Origin: Camelus dromedarius
Lineage: Eukaryota
Direction: 5' to 3'
NCBI RefSeq assembly: GCF_036321535.1
Contig: NC_087437.1
Location: 80,478,001-80,542,000 of the forward strand
DNA length: 64,000 bases
A program made the position numbers and the translations under genes. Positions within the stretch are counted from its first letter, which is position 1. Each line of letters begins with the position of its first letter. Of the stretch, positions 52,026 to 64,000 are shown one piece after another. The notes beneath the pieces are model-generated. The model was not told the origin of the DNA and made no database searches. It saw only the letters and a list, made by a program, of their open reading frames with translations.

Positions 52026-52206
52026 TCAAGGGCCGGCACCAAGACCTGGACTGGAACCGCGCAGAGGAATCAGAAGCAAATCTAGGAACTAACAGTTTTT
52101 CTTAGGGATGCCTTTTAAAAATGTTGCAATGAACTCACGGCAGGGCATTAGAGTTGCCTCCTCCTTAGATTCACCATCTGTTTTTCTTTCGTTTTTTTCT
52201 GCCTCT

Positions 52207-52208
<2 letters not shown>

Positions 52209-52272
<64 letters not shown>
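52209..52272. repeat. (GT)32 microsatellite
   Basis: Perfect 64-bp run. Confidence 0.97.
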
Positions 52273-52273
<1 letters not shown>

Positions 52274-54059
52274 GGGGGGGTTCTACAGCACAGCTTTTGG
52301 GTATGGCAATCAGAACGTAGTATCCCTATTACGTGCCTTCACTGACAAATTAAAGGACAAGGAATCTGCGACATAAGTAAAGCAGTGGTCCTGTAACATG
52401 AAGATCACATTTTCAGATGGGGTAGAGCCTGGTGAATTTAAACAGAGAATGAACATTGCACAACACTGAAAGGATTTCTTCTATGACACTTGGTTTCACT
52501 GTGACTTCTTTTCCTTTTTGGGGCACTTTCTACTGTAATCTCTGTAACTACTTCCTTCCTCCCCTGCACCGCCCCCCCACACACCCACCCCGCCACACCG
52601 GTGTTAACAATCCAGCTTTATAATTAGACAGATGTCTGGCTGTCCAATAGCAATGGCCATCTAGACCTAAACACTAGAGGCCGATAAAACTTAAAGACAA
52701 CAGAATGTTCTTCTTGAAAGAAGCCTGTCTTTCTCTCACTTCATTCAGAATATTAAAAAGCAAAAGATGACACCCTTAAGTTCACGCTTTTTCTAAAAAG
52801 TTAAAATGTAGGTGCCCTTTTGAGACAGGTCAGATTGAAGCTGGTGAGGTGCGTTTTGTGCCCTTCCACCTCCTGCATCTATAAACTTCTCTCTCAGCAA
52901 CCCTCTTATCTTCCACTACCCCAACTCCCCAAGGATTCTAGCACTCAGAGTCTGTGTCTCACCTTCAAAGAGAAAAAGAGCACCTCCCAGATCATACTTA
53001 CTTATTGCACATCGAGGAGTCAGACGAATGCACAGAGACTCCACTGTTGATATAAACTCTGGGGAGAATAATGCTTAACACAGGAGAACACACTGCAAGT
53101 GGATTTCTGGCATGAGCAACTAGCTAATCTTTAAAAGCTGAATTTATCCAGATCTACAAAGATAATGCTGGGCAGAATTTTGCGGGGGAGACGGGGTTGG
53201 TGGTGCTGGGGGAGGTCTCATTTCTGTTGCTTCCCTTGGGGGTTAATTTCCCAGTACTCTGTGGGGAATTGCTATCTCCTTTAATAGAGCCCAGGAACAG
53301 ACTCACCTCCCTCTGGCATGCAACAAACAAATCTGTAAAGGCTTACCATAGACATTCTTGTCAAGCACCCTGATGTATCGATCTAAAACTTAATACTTGA
53401 ACCCAGGAAGTATCAGTCAACTGGTATTTAATAAAATGATGGTTGTTCAGAATGATAAAATGGATCATATTGGAACACCAAACTTGCATTTGCTTAAGAA
53501 AAGTTACTCTTAACTTCTATAAAATATAATTTGTATAGAAGGGCCTTATTATAGATTCTCCCTTTCACAAGTAGCATCAAATCAATCGTTTGAGTTCTAG
53601 AATCTGAGGAGATCCACAACTGAAGTTAATGCTCTCCTTCGAAAATAAAAATCCTTGTTTTAACCCAATGAAATTGTATATAACTCATTGTTTTGACATT
53701 TTATTATAAATCTTAATGTCTGACCACAATGGCCAATTTATTATGTAAATCATGATGTAATTTAGCTAAACTATTAAGTAGATTTTAATAATTAAGTCAT
53801 GAAGACTAAAAGAAAAATATTTGTATGTTAAATTAAAAAACACACATACAAATTACATGTTATCTGTGATTACAGCTATGTGATTTTTAAAAATCTAGAA
53901 GAAAATAAACTGAATTGCCAAGGCTTATTGGAATTCAAATACTAGAATTATGGATTCTATAGATAGGTTTTCTTCTTTTAAATTTTATAATTTTTTAAAC
54001 TTTTTATATTATAATGGAAAATACACATACTTATATACATACTTAAAACAAGATATATT

Positions 54060-55435
54060 ACCTAGCTGGCCCTCTATCCCCAGGCTGGGGAATGGAGGGG
54101 CACCCCGTCTCACAGAGACATGACATGGGGTGCGCCTCCACCCCCAGGCAAGAGATAGTTACCCCAGGCCTTGTGATTGATTGATTGATTGACAACTCAG
54201 TTTCCCTGCGCTCTGGCTGATTGAGAGCTCAGGTTTCTTGTGTTCTGGATTTTTCTTTTCCCCTTCCTCTCCCTTGAGGTCCAATCCTCATGTCTGTCTA
54301 AGCTACCAAAGACTCCCCCCTCTAGTCATAAGACCCCCATTCTTGGGGACGTAGAGAGCGAGGACCGCTCTAGCTACTTCCTGCTGATCTGGGGCAATAA
54401 TGGAGCTCGCGGGGGTCCCAGACTAGCTCGCTGTCCTTGGGCCTGATGTGAGCGAAGGGTTGGTGTTCATTGAGGGGCTTGTATAGATGCGGTCTTGGCT
54501 GATTGGTTGATTACCTTGTTATATAATCATTTGAATTTTATCTCTAGTCAAGAAGAAACACTTTTCATAAGAAGGTCGAAAAGATAGAGGTCAAATACAG
54601 AGAGCTAATCCTAGCCAAAGGATGAAAGGGACAAACAAGGGTCTTAAACAACATTGATTTCTGTGCCTTCTGTTAGTTTAGGTTTTAGAAAGCAGGTGTT
54701 GGAGCATTAGTCCAGTGAACTAAAAGAGGAGTCAAAAGAGGGACCCGAGTGTCAGAGACATTTTAAATTAGTACTAAAACAGTTTTCTGGGGGCCCTAAA
54801 ACAGAAAAGATTTGAACCAGGAGACATTTAAGAGGTTTATCTAACGGGGATCCATAGTCCCCTAGGGCGAGGGAAGAGTCTCACCAGAGTGTTGCTCAGA
54901 AAGCAGTTGCAGATCGCTAAGAGGTTCACAAGAATATGTGGCTCCCATCAGTGAACCAGACCTCATCAGGGTTTTCCAGGGGTTGGTCGGTGAGATCTGT
55001 TCTAGTTCCTAGAGAAATGGATAGGGTCTCATGACATAGGCGGAAGGGAAGAGACTTGTCTGGTGATGGTAATAGTGTAGCAGGATTGAGTGTCCCACAA
55101 ACAGAGACACTGACATCTGAGTTTTCCAGTAAGAATGCCTGCTATTTAAGAAGCCGAGCATCTGAGAGCCAGAAATGTCCCTTGCCTTTTAAAAGGTCAG
55201 AAACTTGATGGTTAGCGTATTCTTGTATAGGGGCCCCCAGAGTGAGCTTAAAAGCATCCTCCGGGAGAGTGGAGAGGGCTCCCTACACTCTTAGGCAGGA
55301 AGGCCAGCCTCAAGCAGTGGGATCTAGCTGTGTGGAGAGGTATCCCATAGGCTGTTGGGTAGGACCCAGCCGTTGGGTGAGGAACCCCAAGGCTATTCCT
55401 CCTCTCTCAGGAACTTAGAACTGGAAGGGCCTTGT
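54060..55435 (-). mobile_element. ERV1 (gammaretrovirus-like) remnant, antisense: pol connection domain, env-like piece and 3' end
   Basis: The minus strand reads GGIALGFLTQRLGPTQQPMGYLSTQLDPTA*GWPSCLR at about 55290-55405; ERV1-like 3' motif cagcaggaagtagctagagcggtc. Confidence 0.75.
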
Positions 55436-58400
55436 GGGATCTGGAGGCCCCAAGGCCGGGGATCTTACTAGGAGATTTTTTGAATTCTTCCATTGCTTCC
55501 TGTTGGGAAGGATGCCACTGGAGTTGTCTTCCCAGTCATCTACCCCTAAGGCCCCTTCTGGGCAGCCGGGGACCCCAGATCCCCATGAATCAGCTCATGG
55601 ATCTGGTGTTTAAAGTATTGAACAATAGAGACAGGGCTAAAAAGGCAGAAAAGGATTCAGGGACAACAGCAAAAGGCGCAATTCTTAGCGGCAGCCTTCA
55701 TCTCTCCATCACCTCAGGGTTACCCTCCACCAAGACCCATGGATCCAGGGTGCCCGCATCAGAGCCACTGTCTCGCCAAAAAGGGACCTATTTTAAGTAT
55801 AGCCAGGAGGGCCACTGGGAAAACAAATGCCCCATGTATGGGAAAAGTCCACCATAACCCTGCCCCATATGCAAGCAAAAAGGCCGCTGGAAGCAGGACT
55901 GCCCCCAGTCCCGAAGGGGGCTTGCGGCTCCCAAACCAATGATGGCTGAGACGACTAAAGACTGACGGGGCCCGGGACACTTCCTGGCTCCCATAGGACA
56001 CCGGGTCATTTCTCTGGCAGAGCCTTGGGTAACCCTTGACGTGGCAGGTAGAAAAGTTGTCTTCTTATTAGATAAGGGAGCCACCTACTCTGTGCTGACT
56101 GCTCTCCCTGGACCCTTGTGCTCCTAATCCTGTGTAATAATGGGGAATCCATAGAAGGCCCGAAACAAGGTGCTTTCTAAGAATTACTTTTACACAGCAG
56201 TTTTTGCTGGTGGCTGAGTGCCCCATCCCCTCATTGGGAAGGGATCTACTTGCTCAGTAAATTCCAGGAAATAATCCCATTCAAAGACCCTTCCATGAAA
56301 GACACGCACCCAAAAAAATGTCTGCTCTTGGCTCTGGGAGCCTGCCTCAGTCCCAAGCCAGAAGAGGTCTCCCTTCTACCCCATATTGATTCTCAAGGAA
56401 ACCCTGCTGCCTGGAAAAATGAGGTCCCTGACAGAGCTACTGTTGTCAGGTTATCATCAGAAATGGGACCATGTGAGGCTACAGGCAAGCCTCTTCAGAT
56501 CAAAGGCCAAACCAAGAGCCTTAATGAAAAAACCTCTCAAACCCAGGAAGGCTCCTCAAAAGTGTTTGTAAATAGATGGCCAAACGGGAGGCCATCGGTT
56601 GGACTAAACTGACCATCGCTGATATTCAGAGCCTAGTAAAAATTTCTTGGAAAAGTCTCCCCTAAGCTAAATGAGAAAAAATAAAACTGTCTTTGTTTTA
56701 CAAATCTAGTCTTTACAGGACCAGAAGTGTGGTTCCAAAAAGGATACAAAGTTCACCAATCCTTCCACCACTCCCAAAACCTCCCCTATGTATTTACCTT
56801 AAGAGACAACTATTAAAAAAAGACGTTTTTTTCTGGCCTTTGAAAAACAAAGTTCTTCTAGGAGAAACTTGCCTTCCTACGCCTTAGAGATACAAATATT
56901 CTACCTTGTCTTCTCCGGGAGCTCTGATCTCACCATTTTTTAAAATGCAAATTTCAAAAAGGGGTGGGGTATAAATAATTTGGAACTTAATTTGCTAAGG
57001 ACAAGTGAAAATTTTATCTCTTTCTCATAAATATTAGTAAAAAGGCTTAGCCATCTAGATGGGTGATTTTGATTTGTTCTGTCAAAAACCCCAGTTTAAA
57101 TCCAACCTCTTTTGTAGCCAGTGGGTTTTACTTTGTTCTACCTGATTCATGACTAAAATTTTAAAATGAAAACTATAAGGTGTCTGGTTTGTATGCCATA
57201 GATGTACGGTATTGGCACAATTAAACGGTAAAAGAGCTCTTTAACTGGCTGAAAGGAAATTAAGTACTTATATAAATACTCAAACATAGAGAAAATTGGT
57301 CAAAATAAATTTCAGGTTCACGTTATCCTCAGTACTGGTATTGGTATTGAAGCCAGCTTAAGCTTGTTGGTTTAATTAACATACACATGTCTTTAGAGAC
57401 ATCAGTGTTAAGTATAATAGTTCGGTTGGGCCTAGGCTTACTGGAGGTCAAGCAAACCTTTATTATATCTGTTACAATTTTGTCAACAAAAAATGGAACT
57501 CAATGTAAAAAAATTTTCAAAAAGTAAACAAAATAAGAGCTTTAGGGTAAACTCTATAGGCATTTTCTTTTGAAAGTATCTACCTAAAAGTGTCTCTCCA
57601 AATTTTGGTACTTAAAACTAAGTTACAAAGTTCACTGACTGTCTGTATCATTTATAAAATATTAAAACATTAATTGCTGAGCAGATCTAAGTTTATCTAT
57701 CTTTGCTTTAGGGAAAAAAAAAAAAAAAACTAAAACGTGTTTCCAGTCAGGAAACGGTGATATGACAACCAATTCACAGTTGCTTGCTTCTTGGTTTTTG
57801 CCAGAGATTTAAGGTTTTTGATGGTTAAAATGGTAATATATGTAATTAAAGCTCCTAAAATAACTATTTCACTATACAGTAGGAAAGTAAGGTGTATGTT
57901 TTCAGTAAGAGTTTCATAAACAAAACTACGAAAAAAAGAAAAGTTTTCATACATAATCACAATTTTAAATATCTAACAAATTCAAAAAGTTCTTTGTAGC
58001 CCCAGCTAACTTTAAGATGCTTTAAAGACAACCTGAGACATCTCAGCTATTAAGTTAACTAGGATTATTTAATATGTTGTTAAATATAATCAGTGCTAAT
58101 TCTATTTATTACAAACAAATCGCTATCAATTACAGGTGTTTCACAATGCCTTTTAAGTCTTTTTGTTGTTACAGACTGTCAAGTGGTTACAAAGGTGCTT
58201 CATCTTTAAAAAAATTCATCAGAAGCCAGGGGAAACAGTGGGTTACAACAGTCCCACATCAAATGATGGCCCATACCCTCAGCACACTGGACACGAAAAC
58301 AAAAGGCTGTCCTGCCCCGGGGGCCCCTAGATTAGACATTCAGAGGATTTTTACTCCCTGACAGGTAGGGTGAACGCCCCTCCTCAGCCTGGAAGTGGTT

Positions 58401-58472
58401 TCAGAAGAAACCCTCCATCATCCCTCCACAACCCTTAAGAAGATGATGGGAGTAAAACCTCTGAGGGGGGAA
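55436..58472 (+). mobile_element. ERV1 internal remnant: gag NC, pro, long AT-rich non-coding segment and PPT
   Basis: Two decayed zinc knuckles (YFKYSQEGHWENKCP, CPICKQKGRWKQDCP); in-frame TGA at 55963, then EPWVTLDVAGRKVVFLLDKGATYSVL; PPT GAGGGGGGAA at 58463-58472. Confidence 0.85.
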
Positions 58473-58878
58473 TGAGACAGGAAGAGGGCAGGGCACAGCC
58501 ATTCAAGGAATAACACAGCAATTAACACCAGAATGGCGAAAGATTCAACCCCCAGGAGGCCTTGAGGCTCAAAATGGTGGGAGATTTGACTTCTAGTAGA
58601 ACTTGACCTTCATTATACAACCATTGAAATGCATTAGCAAGGTGAATAACATGCCACAGGCACCAGACAGTCCCAAGGCCACAGACCCCTCTCTCTCCCT
58701 CTTCGTACACAGCCCGCACTCTAAGGAGTGTGTGCCTACTTTTACTCTACTCTGAGCACCCAACCCCCACATCTCATGGCCTTTCCCTTGCCTCTTGATG
58801 GATCTCTAAATAACTCTACCTATACTGAAACAAACAAACAGAAAAGATGATTGGCCCCCAATATGAGCTGAGGTCTCA
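58473..58878 (+). mobile_element. ERV1 3' LTR (right end tentative)
   Basis: Starts TGAGAC directly after the PPT; an inverted GTCTCA lies at 58873-58878. Confidence 0.65.
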
Positions 58879-58895
58879 GACAGGACTGGGGGTGG

Positions 58896-59525
58896 ATGTA
58901 CACCAATATAATACACATATATTATGTATGTATATCATATTATATATGTAGATATTATATTATGTCTGTATTTTATACTATATATGTGCATATATCAGAT
59001 GATGTACACATGATATATATACATATCCATACACAGACATGTGTATATAATATTTTTATATATATCCATACACTGACATATGTATGGATACACACATATA
59101 TAATAGACATATTATATATCTCTATATATTAAATGCACACATATTATAAAATATATATTAAATATATACACATCCATGCACAGACATGTGTATATATGTT
59201 ATATTTATATATATATCCATGCAATGACATGCATATAGATATATACATATAAAATATACATAATATACGTATATATTATATGTATATATACACAAATGAT
59301 ATACATATTATATATATATATCAGTACACAGACACAAGTATATAAAATAAATATATATATTCATACACTGATGTGTATGGAAATACACACATATACATAT
59401 AGTATATGCGTATATATTATATATGTACATATAAGTATATAATGCCTACCATACTTAGGACATATATACATATTCATACACAGACCCATGTAATTATGTA
59501 CCCTCATATAATAGACACATGATAT
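58896..59525. repeat. TA/CA-rich low-complexity tract
   Basis: Degenerate (TA)n/(CA)n with a recurring unit atccatacacagacatgtgtatata. Confidence 0.85.
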
Positions 59526-60600
59526 GAGTGCGGATCCATTCCGAGACCTGTGTATGGATGTGCACACAATTAAGACACATGACACAGCTGCATTTCGCAA
59601 CCAACCCCAGGCATGTGTGCGGAGAGGCAACTCTGCTCATAGACACGTGATAAAGGTGCACTGGGCCTCCACCAGAGTGAATGAGACTACTTTAAAAAAT
59701 ACTATGTCATCAAATCTTTAGGATCTTATTTCACCAAATCAAAAAATACCAGGAACTGGATGACATTACAAGAAATCATTTGCACCAACAAGTAATATCA
59801 CTCCAAATCCCTGGAGAGGCCGTGGAAATGGAAATTCTCTGGGGAAGATATGACTCAGCCTCCTCAGTGATCCTTGAGAAGATGCTCAAAAGTTCTCTCA
59901 TGAAAAATAAACCCTTTCTTTATAAAGTCTAAAAAGTTCCAGTTGCAAAGGGCTATGGAGTCTCACATACTTTAGTTCAAGTCCAAACTCAAGTTCCTCG
60001 TCTATAAAATAGAGCTAATATCATCTACACTATTAGATCATGATCAGAAGTAAATGTTACGGGCAAAGCCCCTGAAATAATGGACAAACAATATTAGTTC
60101 CCTCTTCCCTCAGTGTTTCTCAAAATGTAGAATGCTACCATTGCATGAGAATCCCTGGGCACTTGTTTGTCACTAAGGTTGATTCCACAATTTCCAGAGG
60201 CATAGCCTCTAATTCTGCATTTTTATCAAATATTCCAAGTGATCGTTAGGCCCTCTAAGGCTTAAAGACCATGCAAATTAAGCTATCTTAATATAGTTAA
60301 CTACCTGGTCCCCTTCAGACTCAGAAGTTCAAGTTTTAAACCCAGATTCTTTGACCCAGTCTTCTAAGAGTATATTTTTTCAAGCTTTAGGCATCTGCCT
60401 TCATCTCTAAAGCTTCCCTAGTTTCTTCACATATCCATTTAGGGATAAATAAAACTAGACTCTAATCTATTGTGGCTCAGAAAGAAAAGGGTAATTACTA
60501 GATGGCCACAAATTAAACTTATTTGAAATTAATAAGATAAAAACAGTCAAGTAAAATTGATAATTCAATTATTTTAAGACAGCCAGTAGGAATGGCACCT

Positions 60601-60606
60601 TTTATT
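60601..60606 (-). terminator. Candidate NXPE3 polyadenylation signal
   Basis: AATAAA on the - strand about 1 kb after the stop codon; usage unverified. Confidence 0.35.
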
Positions 60607-61621
60607 TACAAGCATGAGAGAATGGGTGTTTCTTATGCCCAAATCAAGAAATAACTGTCAGAGACTTTGATACCTAAGTTTAGTTTTTAATTAGATTTTA
60701 ATTTCTAATTTTGGTGTGCAATTCAAAATAAAAACCGAAAAAGAAACACTCGAAATTGATGGAAATAATTTCCACAACTTTATAACAAATAATAGCATTC
60801 TTTACATAAAAGTCAATTCTCAAAACCCTCAAACTTCAGAAAACAAAAATAAATTTCCTTTTATAGACTTCCCCTTTCCAGTTCCAAAAGTATTATTTTA
60901 GAATAAGTATACATGATGTAAAATTCAGCTGAATCAAGTAAGTAACAATCACCCAATGCAAACATCAGCTCTATGCACAGATTTTATATATACTGCTTTC
61001 GTATTTCCCTTCTGCTGCTTCTCTAGATAAAAGCAGGACATTGTAAATACTCTCATTAGAAAATTCTGACCAAGAGCACTGGCCTTTTCAAGTAATTCAG
61101 AAAAAAAGTGGACCGTCAAGAGAAACCGCTGAGACACAGCAGTCTTCAGTGTGTCACAGGAACCACTGACTCTAAGCCCCGTTCGTTCACACCCGCTGAA
61201 GATGGACCGATCGTGCTGTTCATGAAGATGTGCTCCGATTCCTTTACCAGATAGGCCACAAACACTCCTCTGCCAACCAAACTTTTCCCTTCCAATTAGG
61301 TCGGAACATTTTCCACACTTCTTAGCACAGTATTATCTCCTCCCAGGAGAAAGCGAGTTCAAGCACACTTATTAGCATCTTTGGTTAAAAGGGCAATATA
61401 CTGTGTAGATGCTGTTAATAATGGTTCTCCAATGGCTACGTCAAGATTGGAAAAAATACTATAGGTAGGTAGATACGAATAATCTGCATTTTCTAAGCTC
61501 CTTACAAGTCATTATATAAAGTCCAGCTCTTTTTTAAATTTTGTTCACCCATAAACTTTCTGTAGTGCAGGTGATAAAGAAGGTCACTGAATGTGATTCC
61601 TCCAGTCCCCTCCAGGGCAGG

Positions 61622-62188
<567 letters not shown>

Positions 62189-64000
62189 TCAGTCATAAAA
62201 ATGTTCAAACAAAGGTACTCAGGCAAAATTGCAAAAAGATACTTGCATAAGACCCTTCATTGTAGGACTTAATTCTTCGAGTTCCCTTTGATGTATATTT
62301 GGGTTTGATACTATGTAAAAGAAAGAAAAAATTCTATACATATTGCTATGGAGTAAAACACTAAAGTAGGGGGAAAAATGTTCAAACCAAAATATTTTGA
62401 TTATTCTTTACTTAGTGGCTTCAAAGAACAGTTTTTAAAAGTACAACAATAAAAGGTGCAACACAAATATAAAGGGAATCCCTATGTCACTTCACCTTGG
62501 CCCCCCTGGCTTCAATGGACCCTTATTCTAACACACTTATTATCTAAATCACTCCATAAGCACGGCATTACATGTTATATCATCAGCGGACAGTCTGTAT
62601 CTCAGAAACAAAAGAACCCGTTTACCTCTATTAGGCCTAGAAATCTTCCTGTTGGCACTAATTGTTGAATATTTTGAAAACAATTTGACATTTACACATT
62701 ATTGTTCTAACACACAAATATTATTTCTTCCAGGAAAAGAACTGTAACTTCTGTTTTTTTACAAACACATAATAGTAACCAAAAACATCTTTTTGCAATA
62801 AGTAGAAGAAGTGAACAATCCTGGCTTTTATTTACTTTGAATTTCACCCTATGGATGGAAAATTATGTGAATGTCTTAGAGAACTTCTCTCCCTGTCATA
62901 ACAAAGACAGCAGCACAAGTCACAATTCCCTTCTCTCTCTCCCCTTTATCCAAGTTGTGTTTCCAAGTCCCGCTCCTCTGAAATCTTCTGAAGATCCCAG
63001 GAAGCAGTGCATTATTCTCCCTTATTACTCCTAAAAAACACTGTACAATTCATCACTTAACATTCACGCCATGAGGAAAGACGGTCTCTCTCATACCCCT
63101 AAAAATTCCTATAAGTGCCTATAAATTACAGAGAACAGATTAAGTAACTTTAGGCAACCCAACTATATGAATATTTCCTAAGCACCTACTCAGTGGCAGC
63201 GCTATTGTGCGAAAAGCTAGCAGTGCTCAGATGGGTAGGTCACTGCGCTTGTCCTCAAGGAGTTTAAGTCAATTCTGAAAAAGTAACATCTCTTAAGGGT
63301 TAAAGTTAAGGTGTCACTTTTATCATCATTGGTCCTAGGCTCCTCTTCTAGTTTCTCATACCTAATTCATTACTACTTAGCAATTGGCCCCACTTAAGCT
63401 GAATAAAAATTCAACCCACCATTCTCTCTTTTGATTAAGATTAATCACCAACACAGGGCTTTATCGGGCGAAAATCTGTCTGCAAAGGGTATGGTGGAAA
63501 TGATCAAGAAACTCAATGTGATCACTGCTATGAAAGGAAATACCAAGCTACGTCATTAGAACTTAAGAATCAGGCAGCTACGACTCCTGGAGGGCCCTGC
63601 CCAGCCAGCGCCAAACCGTGCCGAGCATTGGGTCTCACAAATTCTTTCCCTTCTCCTGATTTTTAACTTATACTTTATCAGCTGGAACTCAACTATCTCT
63701 GTTTCAATAAAAAACAGCAAAATAAAAATGGAATTAACTTATTACTTTTGGGGGTCATGTCTAAATTCTCCTTTCCTTTCAAAAATCAAATTGGAAGTAA
63801 GTCGATGTAATAAAAAAAAAAAGAGAGAAAAGAAAAACATCACACACAACAACTCACAACAAACCATGGAATTTGCTTTATGAAAAGCCCTGTCCACAGT
63901 TAGCCACCAAAAAGAGTTCCCACAGAACTATTCCTCAGCTCTCTAAACTGTCAGCGGGATCTTTAGTCCTGCCACCCAGGATCCACCCCTCCTCATTCCA

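Noticed and set aside
58896..59525. CRISPR-like or coding repeat array
   Set aside because: Low-complexity TA/CA tract with no constant repeat-spacer period, in eukaryotic DNA.

Overview
Mammalian (eutherian) genomic DNA, most likely a camelid: it has a tRNA-Ala-type SINE resembling Vic-1 and several short L1 3' tails, with no Alu, B1/B2, Bov-A or CAN SINEs seen. The minus strand carries the complete NFKBIZ (IkappaB-zeta) gene. I reconstructed 12 coding exons by hand (32370 to 22905; 2160 nt, 719 aa, all GT-AG, phases consistent). The gene has a CpG-island proximal promoter, a stem-loop-rich 3'UTR, and a distal TATA/NF-kB promoter with two non-coding exons at about 50-52 kb. The last coding exon of NXPE3 (minus strand) lies at 61.6-62.2 kb. 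The rest is repeat-rich: L1, L2, MIR, MLT1, a Charlie hAT fossil, a U6-L1 chimera and rearranged ERV1 remnants. The most unusual observations are: (1) two inverted copies of an unidentified polyadenylated retro-sequence 3 kb apart with the same 5' end, one of them twin-primed and L1-chimeric inside an L1; (2) a 200-bp local duplication fused to an L1 tail by microhomology; (3) a junction-terminal ATG that would create uORFs overlapping either NFKBIZ start codon. I see no evidence of a novel protein-coding system. Repeat boundaries are approximate, and comparisons with human sequences are from memory.
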